From a phage: a DNA stretch of 64,000 nt. The position numbers were made by a program, and so were the translations under genes. The notes below the pieces were generated by a model. That model saw only the letters and a list, made by a program, of their open reading frames with translations. It ran no database searches and was not told the origin of the DNA. The stretch's first letter is position 1; each line of letters begins with the position of its first letter. Shown piece by piece: positions 52,449-59,541 of the stretch. The DNA lies in sequence record PZ543597.1; one strand, 5' to 3'.

Positions 52449-52682
52449 ATGAAAACTTACCAAGAATTTATTGCTGAAACTGCTGATGTAAAAGTTGAGT
52501 TTATTTACACTGGCAAGAAAGATAAAATGGGTGAAATGCCTCATGGAGTTCTTCGTGATGCATTAGATAATTTCGGTCAACTCGCCGCAGAAGATTACGG
52601 TGATAAAATTGTTGTTACTGGTCCTGCTGCAGTTATTGAAAAATGGGCAGCAGAAAATAAATCAATTTTTCGTAAAAAATAA
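52449..52682 (+). CDS. internal-protein-like head protein with capsid-targeting leader (MKTYQEFIAE)
   Basis: 77 aa from the internal ATG; N-terminal MKTYQEFIAE is the T4 IP capsid-targeting/gp21-cleavage motif (L/I-x-E). Confidence 0.75.
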   Translation: MKTYQEFIAETADVKVEFIYTGKKDKMGEMPHGVLRDALDNFGQLAAEDYGDKIVVTGPAAVIEKWAAENKSIFRKK

Positions 52683-52683
52683 G

Positions 52684-52712
52684 TTTACTTTTAGATAGGG
52701 TAGTGATACTAT
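52684..52712 (+). promoter_or_regulatory. early-type promoter (TTTACT-N17-TACTAT) embedded in an inverted repeat
   Basis: -35 52684-52689, -10 52707-52712; GATAGGGTA/TACCCTATC arms at 52694-52702 and 52713-52721. Confidence 0.6.
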
Positions 52713-52740
52713 TACCCTATCTACTACTGAGGAGAATAAA

Positions 52741-52926
52741 ATGAAACGTTGTGAATTAATTCGAAATGTTGCTATTGCAATTTCTGCTTCCGCTTTTAGT
52801 TTTTCAATGTTTGTTGGATTTATATGTGGATTATTGACTACAGCAGAAAATGTGTTTTCACTTGTAGTAGCATTTTTAATTGGTTTAATTGCTATTGTTA
52901 TGGATAAAATTTCTAAAGGTGAATAA
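52741..52926 (+). CDS. small hydrophobic (two-TM) protein
   Basis: 61-aa ORF with two hydrophobic segments, SD gaggag. Confidence 0.55.
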   Translation: MKRCELIRNVAIAISASAFSFSMFVGFICGLLTTAENVFSLVVAFLIGLIAIVMDKISKGE

Positions 52927-53324
52927 TGAACGTTGAATATTATGTATATGCGGATTACGAAAATAATCCGTCTAAAGATGAAGATAATCGTTTAGGTGTA
53001 GATGCTTTCGATTCCCCTGCGGCGGCATGGCAATGGGTTGAAAGAACCGATATTCCTTACCGTTATATTGAAGTGGTTGACCACGCAGGAAACAAGTATC
53101 CTAAGGAAGCATATGTTGCTTCCGGGAAGGTAAATTTCCTTTTGTTTGCAGGTGATAATTATTATCCCCGTGGTGGGTATACCGATTTAATTGCTAAAGC
53201 ATTCTCTGAAGATGAACTCCGTGACATTATCAAAGAAAATGAAAACAAACCGATGGATTCTAATCGCTTTGATTGGTGGCAAATCGTAAATGCTAATACT
53301 CACACTATTGTTGATGAAGGCTGA
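52926..53324 (+). CDS. hypothetical protein
   Basis: 132-aa ORF, start overlaps the previous stop. Confidence 0.55.
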   Translation: MNVEYYVYADYENNPSKDEDNRLGVDAFDSPAAAWQWVERTDIPYRYIEVVDHAGNKYPKEAYVASGKVNFLLFAGDNYYPRGGYTDLIAKAFSEDELRDIIKENENKPMDSNRFDWWQIVNANTHTIVDEG

Positions 53325-53326
53325 TA

Positions 53327-53614
53327 ATGATTCTTTATGCGAAAGTATCATCCATTGAAAATGGATATAAATATGATCAAGACGCGGCTAAAGCTTTGAT
53401 TGATGATTATGGCATTTTAACATGTTTTGAAGTTGAAAAGGTTTACATTGACCGTTCATCTTCTCAAGTTAAATTAGTGAAGGAAGAACGTAAATTTAAT
53501 ACAGTAAATTTTGATTTCTTTATTGAAACAGAAAAAGGTCCTCTTGAATATGATATTTTCAAGAATCCTTTGGGTCTTGAATGCATCGTAAATATGTATT
53601 ATTATAAATGGTAA
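53327..53614 (+). CDS. hypothetical protein
   Basis: 95-aa ORF. Confidence 0.5.
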   Translation: MILYAKVSSIENGYKYDQDAAKALIDDYGILTCFEVEKVYIDRSSSQVKLVKEERKFNTVNFDFFIETEKGPLEYDIFKNPLGLECIVNMYYYKW

Positions 53615-53711
53615 ATATGCTTTAAGAATTATTTGTTATTATTAACTCATATCGCACTGATTAATACCCTCTATCATCAAGGGTTCTTGCTTAAGAGCCT
53701 TTGTTAATAAT

Positions 53712-53784
53712 TGGGAATTAGCCAAGTTGGTAAGGCACTGGATTTTGATTCCAGGATGCAAAGGTTCGAGTCCTTTATTCCCAG
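53712..53784 (+). tRNA. tRNA-Gln (anticodon UUG)
   Basis: acceptor TGGGAAT/ATTCCCA, anticodon loop tTTTGAt, T-loop GGTTCGAGTCC. Confidence 0.85.
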
Positions 53785-53785
53785 C

Positions 53786-53872
53786 GCGAGAATGGCCAAA
53801 TTGGTAAAGGCACAGCACTTAAAATGCTGCGGAATGATTTCCTTGTGGGTTCGAGTCCCACTTCTCGCACCA
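53786..53872 (+). tRNA. tRNA-Leu (anticodon UAA), type II, CCA encoded
   Basis: acceptor GCGAGAA/TTCTCGC, anticodon loop CTTAAAA, long variable arm, 3' ACCA. Confidence 0.85.
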
Positions 53873-53877
53873 AATTT

Positions 53878-53951
<74 letters not shown>

Positions 53952-53961
53952 ATTTAATTTA

Positions 53962-54035
53962 CTCCGTGTAGCTCAGTTTGGTAGAGCGTCTGCTTTGGGA
54001 GCAGAATGTCGTAGGTTCAAATCCTGCCACGGAGA
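53962..54035 (+). tRNA. tRNA-Pro (anticodon UGG)
   Basis: acceptor CTCCGTG/CACGGAG, anticodon loop TTTGGGA, T-loop GGTTCAAATCC. Confidence 0.85.
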
Positions 54036-54037
54036 CT

Positions 54038-54127
54038 GGAGGCGTGGCAGAGTGGTTTAATGCACCGGTCTTGAAAATCGGCAGTCGCTCCGGCGACTCA
54101 TAGGTTCAAATCCTATCGCCTCCGCCA
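54038..54127 (+). tRNA. tRNA-Ser (anticodon UGA), type II, CCA encoded
   Basis: acceptor GGAGGCG/CGCCTCC, anticodon loop CTTGAAA, long variable arm. Confidence 0.85.
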
Positions 54128-54132
54128 GTTTT

Positions 54133-54208
54133 GCTGATTTAGCTCAGTAGGTAGAGCAACTCACTTGTAATGAGAAGGTCGGCGGTTCGATTCCGTCAAT
54201 CAGCACCA
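54133..54208 (+). tRNA. tRNA-Thr (anticodon UGU), CCA encoded
   Basis: acceptor GCTGATT/AATCAGC, anticodon loop CTTGTAA. Confidence 0.85.
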
Positions 54209-54209
54209 A

Positions 54210-54284
54210 GGCCCTGTAGCTGGAAGGTTCAAGCAAGCGACTCATAATCGCCAGATGGTGGTTCAATTCCACCCAGGGCCACCA
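54210..54284 (+). tRNA. tRNA with CAU anticodon (Ile via lysidine, or Met), CCA encoded
   Basis: acceptor GGCCCTG/CAGGGCC, anticodon loop CTCATAA. Confidence 0.8.
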
Positions 54285-54293
54285 AATTAATTT

Positions 54294-54380
54294 GGGGAGT
54301 TATCCCGTAGAGGTAGCGGTGTGGACTGTAAATCCATTGTCATTGCGACTCGGGTGGTTCGACTCCACCACTCCCCACCA
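54294..54380 (+). tRNA. tRNA-Tyr (anticodon GUA), type II, CCA encoded
   Basis: acceptor GGGGAGT/ACTCCCC, anticodon loop CTGTAAA, long variable arm. Confidence 0.8.
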
Positions 54381-54384
54381 ATTT

Positions 54385-54459
54385 GGATGTGTAGCTCAAT
54401 GGCAGAGCGATCGCCTGTTAAGCGATTGGTTATAGGTTCGAATCCTATCACGTCCGCCA
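54385..54459 (+). tRNA. tRNA-Asn (anticodon GUU), CCA encoded
   Basis: acceptor GGATGTG/CACGTCC, anticodon loop CTGTTAA, T-loop GGTTCGAATCC. Confidence 0.8.
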
Positions 54460-54573
54460 AATTTGTGACAACTGTCACATTAATATCTACTTGACGCGAT
54501 TATAGGGGTTGAACTGATCACTCTTCTCTTAATTTCGTGTGAAGACATCTTGATTGTTGGAGTAGGTATTAAT

Positions 54574-54649
54574 GTGGCCGTAGTTCAGTTGGTAGAACTC
54601 GAGATTGTGATTCTCGTAGTCATGGGTTCGACTCCCATCGGTCACCCCA
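54574..54649 (+). tRNA. tRNA-His (anticodon GUG), CCA encoded
   Basis: acceptor GTGGCCG/CGGTCAC, anticodon stem CGAGA/TCTCG with loop TTGTGAT, discriminator C. Confidence 0.75.
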
Positions 54650-54653
54650 ATTA

Positions 54654-54729
54654 CGGGGCATAGCTCAGAAGGAAGAGCAAGGACCTTCTAAGTCCTAGGT
54701 CGTAGGTTCGATCCCTACTGCCTCGACCA
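54654..54729 (+). tRNA. tRNA-Arg (anticodon UCU), CCA encoded
   Basis: acceptor CGGGGCA/TGCCTCG, anticodon loop CTTCTAA, T-loop GGTTCGATCC. Confidence 0.85.
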
Positions 54730-54747
54730 ATTATAAGTGAGGAAAAT

Positions 54748-55098
54748 ATGAAAGGTAATGTTTATTTAGTAGTTCATGATTTAACATTCTATTTTAATCA
54801 TAATGATACTGTTATTTCTGAACGTGTAATTAATTTGCTTTATCAGCATGCAGATTATGTTTATGTCGAAAACGAATATGGTCATTGGCAATTTCTCAAA
54901 AATCGTTCATTTGGTTTAGATGGTTACGAATATTTTGATCGTAAAGACCTTTTAGATACAATTCCGTTATCTACACAATATCAAAATCATAAGTCTTTAC
55001 ATAAATGCCGGCTAATTCGAAATGCTGAATCCGCGTATGAAGCAATTGATTTGTGGCGTAAACGCCGTGAATATATTGATTCTTTAAAAGAATATTAA
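54748..55098 (+). CDS. hypothetical protein
   Basis: 116-aa ORF with SD (gaggaaa) directly after tRNA-Arg. Confidence 0.6.
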   Translation: MKGNVYLVVHDLTFYFNHNDTVISERVINLLYQHADYVYVENEYGHWQFLKNRSFGLDGYEYFDRKDLLDTIPLSTQYQNHKSLHKCRLIRNAESAYEAIDLWRKRREYIDSLKEY

Positions 55099-55405
55099 GA
55101 AACCGGGTCGCTACCGGTAAGTCGTCGGACTGATGTTCCCTGGAGTATAGTTTCCTCCCACAGTTTTACTGTGTTCTGGCTCTTTACTATCACAGCAGAA
55201 ACGGCGCACCGAATTATCGATTCGAGGAAATATCTTTGCCGTAAGCCGAGTAGCGTTTTTGACGGAACGTTCGGATATGGTCGAGATATGGCCTTTTAAA
55301 AATATTGAGTAGCGTCAACTACTTAATAACCGGGTTCGAATCCCGGCGTTTCGTACAAACACTTGCCTTAGCAGGTGGAACCCCGACAAGGTTGCCGCAA
55401 GGCTT

Positions 55406-55434
55406 AGCCCCGACCGAAAGGTTGGGGCTTTTTG
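55406..55434 (+). terminator. rho-independent terminator (copy 1 of a repeated 31-bp terminator)
   Basis: agccccgacc-gaaa-ggttggggct + ttttt. Confidence 0.7.
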
Positions 55435-55435
55435 G

Positions 55436-55443
55436 TATAAATA
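55436..55443 (+). promoter_or_regulatory. late promoter TATAAATA upstream of the internal-protein gene
   Basis: exact TATAAATA 36 nt upstream of the ATG at 55479. Confidence 0.65.
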
Positions 55444-55478
55444 TTAGTATATTAAATCTACAAATTAAAACAGGAAAT

Positions 55479-55955
55479 AAGATGAAATCATATACTCAAT
55501 TTTTAAATGAAGCGGTGTTAAATGAAGCATCTAGCACCGAAATTCAAGCTGTTGCAAAAGCTGCCATTGCCGCGGGTAAATATTCCTATAAAGATGCTTC
55601 TGATGAATCGCGATTCCAGTTTGCACGCGACATGAAAGCGGAAGGATTTACGGGAAATGCAGTTAGTATGGCCTGGAAAAGTTTAGTTGCTACTGGCGCT
55701 GCTTTTGCAAAGGCTTCGGGTAAACCTGCTCCTAAAGCAGATCCTAAAGCGGCACAAGAAAAAAATATCGTTAAAGGAATTATCGCTAAATATGAAGCTA
55801 TCCTTAAAGAGCTTTTAGTAATCAAAACCGAAGGCCAAAAGTTAGCCCGTGCTTATAGTTTCAAAGATAATCCACATGTTCACTCTCTTGAGTATGTTGA
55901 AGACATCCAAAAAATTATTAAAGACCGCATTTGGTCTGCTAAACAAATCAAATGA
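55479..55955 (+). CDS. internal-protein-like head protein with capsid-targeting leader (MKSYTQFLNEA)
   Basis: 158 aa; start at internal ATG with SD aggaaa; leader fits the IP capsid-targeting motif; Ala/Lys-rich body. Confidence 0.75.
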   Translation, partial: KMKSYTQFLNEAVLNEASSTEIQAVAKAAIAAGKYSYKDASDESRFQFARDMKAEGFTGNAVSMAWKSLVATGAAFAKASGKPAPKADPKAAQEKNIVKGIIAKYEAILKELLVIKTEGQKLARAYSFKDNPHVHSLEYVEDIQKIIKDRIWSAKQIK

Positions 55956-55962
55956 CATTCTT

Positions 55963-55990
55963 AGCCCCGACCGAAAGGTTGGGGCTTTTT
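55963..55990 (+). terminator. rho-independent terminator (copy 2 of the repeated 31-bp terminator)
   Basis: same 31-bp hairpin sequence as at 55403-55433. Confidence 0.7.
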
Positions 55991-56080
55991 AGTTTGAATC
56001 ACTCGGATAACGCTGTTACGGATAGTAACAAAGTAATAAATAATTAATAACCAACCGATAAATTATTTCAAGGATTTTAA

Positions 56081-56644
56081 ATGAAAACCTATGCCGAATT
56101 TTTAACCGAAGCAGCAAAATTACCATCTGAAGCAGATCTTACTAAAGTATTCTTCCAATTGGACCCAAAAGACCGCGGCGATTTTCTTAAGTGGAAAGCT
56201 AAAGCTATTGAAATGTACAACATCGATAATAGTTCTTTTACAATGAGTCAAGAAAATAAATTCAATAAAGCATTTTTCAAAATTTCTAAGAAATTGGCAT
56301 CTGGCGCTCAGGTTCCTAAATCTGTGTTAGCTACTCCTGAACGCGCACCTGTTAAAATTTCTAAGAATATGTTCGACACTAAAAAATACGTTAATGCTTT
56401 GAATAAAGCTCTTGATGCATTGGATGATGCAAAGAAGGCAGCCCGCGATCTTCAAGACGTGTACACCGATTTTGACCGCAAAACTAAAGGTTCTATTTCA
56501 AATAGCGAACGCAATAGTGTAAGTGTTTATTCTGATAGCCTTGATGTTCTTGGCGATGCGTATACTGAAATTAAAAATCGTATTAACACTGCATCTAAGC
56601 TAAAAGCTGCTGCAGAAGCTATAATAAGTAAACTAGGTAAATAA
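56081..56644 (+). CDS. internal-protein-like head protein with capsid-targeting leader (MKTYAEFLTEA), IPIII-sized
   Basis: 187-aa ORF; leader MKTYAEFLTEA; SD aaggat. Confidence 0.75.
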   Translation: MKTYAEFLTEAAKLPSEADLTKVFFQLDPKDRGDFLKWKAKAIEMYNIDNSSFTMSQENKFNKAFFKISKKLASGAQVPKSVLATPERAPVKISKNMFDTKKYVNALNKALDALDDAKKAARDLQDVYTDFDRKTKGSISNSERNSVSVYSDSLDVLGDAYTEIKNRINTASKLKAAAEAIISKLGK

Positions 56645-56652
56645 TTTTAAAT

Positions 56653-56677
56653 CCCTATCTAAATGATAGGGCTTTTT
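56653..56677 (+). terminator. rho-independent terminator
   Basis: CCCTATC-taaat-GATAGGG hairpin + cTTTTT. Confidence 0.65.
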
Positions 56678-56810
56678 GGTATCTAGGCCTTTCTGGACCT
56701 CTCTAGGCATCATTTAGTTTCTACCCTTTATAATATATTATCCTATCCTTTAACTGCCCCTTCCCTCCCTAGAATTCCCTAAAACTTTTTAAAATTTTTT
56801 CACAAAACTG

Positions 56811-56839
56811 TTTACATCCCCGTTCTTCCATGGTACTAT
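56811..56839 (+). promoter_or_regulatory. early-type promoter (TTTACA-N17-TACTAT)
   Basis: -35 56811-56816, -10 56834-56839. Confidence 0.65.
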
Positions 56840-56883
56840 ACAACTATCAACTACTGATACAGAAAAACAACTTGGAGAATGAA

Positions 56884-57147
56884 ATGGATAATTACGGCGA
56901 ACTGTTCAACTTCTTTATGAAATGCGTTTCAGAAGATTTCGGTCGTACAGTGAATGATATTAAAGTTATCGGTCCTGATCATCCGATGTTTGAAACTTAC
57001 GCAGTAATGGGTAATGAAGACGGTCAGTGGTATACTGTAAAAGTTGTGATTAACATGTTCACAGCAGAAGGTTATGTTAAACTGTCTTCTAAAGTTTATC
57101 ATGACAACGACGAAATCGCAGAAGAATATTTCAATAATATGAAATAA
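56884..57147 (+). CDS. hypothetical early protein
   Basis: start at internal ATG (MDNYGELFNFF...) with SD ggaga, downstream of the predicted promoter; ORF track begins at 56830. Confidence 0.55.
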   Translation: MDNYGELFNFFMKCVSEDFGRTVNDIKVIGPDHPMFETYAVMGNEDGQWYTVKVVINMFTAEGYVKLSSKVYHDNDEIAEEYFNNMK

Positions 57148-57148
57148 G

Positions 57149-57177
57149 TTTACACAGGCTCATGATTGAGATATTAT
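57149..57177 (+). promoter_or_regulatory. early-type promoter (TTTACA-N17-TATTAT) overlapping a 28-bp palindrome
   Basis: -35 57149-57154, -10 57172-57177; aggctcat...atgagcct inverted repeat 57156-57183. Confidence 0.6.
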
Positions 57178-57202
57178 GAGCCTATAATTTGAGGAAAATA
57201 TT

Positions 57203-57538
57203 ATGAAACGTAACTTTAGCAAAGATTTTTGCAATAGAAATGATTACCCTGAAGAGCTTTTTGAATCTAAGGACTTTAAAGAGTTTAATGAACGTTCTCA
57301 AAACATACCTGTACAATGGGTGTTAGATTATGCCAATCGTATCTTTGAAGGTGTGCGGGATATTTGTCCTGATGATGAAGCTCCTTATTTTAAAAAGGCT
57401 TGGGAACTCGCCAATCAAGCATATATCAATGCTTCAGAATCTTATAAAGGTACTGACGACGATTTTATTTTACTGGCTATTAACGATGCCATTGTCGAGT
57501 CCATCAACGTCTTTATCGACGAGCTAGACGAAGAATAA
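57203..57538 (+). CDS. hypothetical early protein
   Basis: 111-aa acidic ORF with SD gaggaaa. Confidence 0.6.
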   Translation: MKRNFSKDFCNRNDYPEELFESKDFKEFNERSQNIPVQWVLDYANRIFEGVRDICPDDEAPYFKKAWELANQAYINASESYKGTDDDFILLAINDAIVESINVFIDELDEE

Positions 57539-57539
57539 G

Positions 57540-57568
57540 TTTACAATCTATTAAAAACGTGATATTAT
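57540..57568 (+). promoter_or_regulatory. early-type promoter (TTTACA-N17-TATTAT)
   Basis: -35 57540-57545, -10 57563-57568. Confidence 0.65.
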
Positions 57569-57595
57569 CTAATTGTATCAATCTAAGGAAATACT

Positions 57596-58189
57596 ATGAA
57601 CACACTGAAGAAAATTGTTGAGTTTATTCGCACTAAACTTGGTTCTGCTATGGCTAAAAATCTATCTGTTGAAGAACAGTATACTGCTGCAGCAGCAAAA
57701 CTACTTGATAAAATTAAAGATCTAAAAACTGCTTCTATTAAATCTATTAATGAAGAAAAACGTATTCGTGAACTTGTTATCGAAAAGAATCGACAGGCCG
57801 AATCAAAAGAGCGTGAAATTCGTAAACTTCTTTCCGAAGGTCAAGATGTAACAATGCATGCTAAACTCGGTTTACTATATCGCCGAACAGCTGAGCAGTT
57901 GACTACTAAAGCTGACGGTTATGCTGAAATGCGAATTGAAATCGCCAAGAAAGTAGTTGAGTTAGATGATGCTCGTCAAGAACTTGCAGTTAAATTGGAA
58001 TATATCCGTGAAACTCGTGCAGCAAATGCCCTTGGAATTAGTACTGCCGATGATGTAGTTGAAATCGCAGCGCTGACTAAGGTTGATATTGAAGATACCC
58101 TTGCTCGAGTTGAAACCTTTAACGGTAATATTTCCGGGGTTGAAACTACCTCTGCCGATGTCCAGGAATATATTAATTCTCTGAAATAA
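57596..58189 (+). CDS. coiled-coil protein, possible PspA/IM30-like
   Basis: 197-aa ORF, heptad-rich, charged; loose resemblance to the E. coli PspA helical pattern from memory; not verified. Confidence 0.6.
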   Translation: MNTLKKIVEFIRTKLGSAMAKNLSVEEQYTAAAAKLLDKIKDLKTASIKSINEEKRIRELVIEKNRQAESKEREIRKLLSEGQDVTMHAKLGLLYRRTAEQLTTKADGYAEMRIEIAKKVVELDDARQELAVKLEYIRETRAANALGISTADDVVEIAALTKVDIEDTLARVETFNGNISGVETTSADVQEYINSLK

Positions 58190-58194
58190 TGATA

Positions 58195-58215
58195 AGGGGC
58201 TTCGGCCCCTATTAC
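58195..58215 (+). terminator. probable terminator hairpin
   Basis: GGGGC-TTCG-GCCCC hairpin after the stop; weak T-run. Confidence 0.5.
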
Positions 58216-58230
58216 TTGGAGTAAATAGGA

Positions 58231-58836
58231 ATGAAAATGCAAAGTGATTTCAATTCAATGTTTGAAGAGTTCCAAAGACAGGTTGATGTTCCAGATCAAT
58301 TATTAAATGCTCTTAAACGTATGGCAGAAGGACGTAATTACTATTGGGGGTCTTCATACGAAACTGATGAAAGTCTTTCTGGATTTTATAAAGGTAAAAA
58401 GTCTTTAATACGTCCTGGAATACTCATTAAAAGTATTGAATCAATTCATTCATTGACGTGTGATTTTGATGTTGAATTTACTGATTTCATTTCTCCTGAA
58501 TGGACAGTTTGTTATTTAAATGACGATTATGATTATCTTGGCGTTTATAGTTTAAGTGACGCATGGTTTAAACGTAATTTACAAAAGTCAAATTTGTTCT
58601 ATATTGATACTACGGTAAAATTTCAGGGAAAGAAATATTTCTTTACTCTTATAGTTGATTCTGAAACGAAGCATGAGAATAAACGTATTCTTAGTAAAAA
58701 GAATATCTTAACTATTGTTGATGATCTTTTTGATAAATTCGTAGAAAATCCCAATTTTGAAAGCGATTTATTACTAGAAAAATTTGTTAAGGAATGTAGA
58801 GAATATGTCAAAACCATCACTATACCTTCCAAGTAA
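58231..58836 (+). CDS. hypothetical protein (first member of the C-terminal F-V-K-E-C-R junction family)
   Basis: 201-aa ORF; C-terminus EKFVKECREYV. Confidence 0.6.
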   Translation: MKMQSDFNSMFEEFQRQVDVPDQLLNALKRMAEGRNYYWGSSYETDESLSGFYKGKKSLIRPGILIKSIESIHSLTCDFDVEFTDFISPEWTVCYLNDDYDYLGVYSLSDAWFKRNLQKSNLFYIDTTVKFQGKKYFFTLIVDSETKHENKRILSKKNILTIVDDLFDKFVENPNFESDLLLEKFVKECREYVKTITIPSK

Positions 58837-59197
58837 ACCGTTGAAGTATGAATTAAAGCGCCAGCTAATTCCTACTGATGTATTAATAGGTCCTGTTATA
58901 CTCATATCATTTGTAATTCTATTGATTATTGGAGGTGTTTTAGATGTTATGACTGATATTGATTCTGGCGAAATACTTGTGTTAATGCTAATTCTTCCAT
59001 TAATAGTTCCACTTTTATTAGTACCTGTAAATTGGGTAGGATACTGGTATCAAGGAAGACATTATCGTAAACGTGTACGCGAATGGAAAGCTCAGTGTAA
59101 AAAGATTAAAAAGGAACACCAGTTTAAACTTGCCGCGTATGAATTTGATGAAATTATGAAATTTGTTAAGGAATCACGATGCAAAAGCCAAAACTAA
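58805..59197 (+). CDS. small two-TM membrane protein (paralogue family)
   Basis: start placed at internal ATG (MSKPSLYLP...); two hydrophobic segments; C-terminus FVKESRCKSQN. Confidence 0.5.
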   Translation: MSKPSLYLPSKPLKYELKRQLIPTDVLIGPVILISFVILLIIGGVLDVMTDIDSGEILVLMLILPLIVPLLLVPVNWVGYWYQGRHYRKRVREWKAQCKKIKKEHQFKLAAYEFDEIMKFVKESRCKSQN

Positions 59198-59541
59198 ATA
59201 AAGTCAAATATTCGTTTTCTGAGTCATTTTTAATTTTTGCTGTGGCGTTGGCTGCAGCTCTTGCGGGTAGTCTTTTTGGATTGTTAATTGACTGTCTTAT
59301 TTTAAACATTGACGGCACAGTAAATATAATAGAAGTTTGGAGTGAACTTCACTATACCAAAATTATTTCATTGTTTTCATTTTTTGGTATTATATTATAT
59401 TTTCATTATGATAATTTTAAAATAAATTGGCAAAGAAAAAAGGATTACAAAATACAATTAAAGGAATATAATAACTACATGTCTTATATTGAAAATGAAT
59501 CAATGAAAGAGTTTGTGAGTGATTGCAGGAAAATCAAATGA
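59179..59541 (+). CDS. small two-TM membrane protein (paralogue family)
   Basis: 120-aa ORF; two hydrophobic segments; C-terminus EFVSDCRKIK; SD aagga. Confidence 0.55.
   Translation: MQKPKLNKVKYSFSESFLIFAVALAAALAGSLFGLLIDCLILNIDGTVNIIEVWSELHYTKIISLFSFFGIILYFHYDNFKINWQRKKDYKIQLKEYNNYMSYIENESMKEFVSDCRKIK

Noticed and set aside
55263-55355. Candidate twelfth tRNA built around the CCGGG-TTCGAAT-CCCGG T-arm
   Set aside because: Only the T-arm and an acceptor-like pairing are present; I could not fold a D-arm or a 7-nt anticodon loop, so it is reported as a tRNA-like element rather than a tRNA.
55305-55478. N-terminal extension of the 55305-55955 ORF
   Set aside because: The extension runs through a rho-independent terminator and a late promoter; the real start is the SD-preceded ATG at 55479 beginning the capsid-targeting leader.
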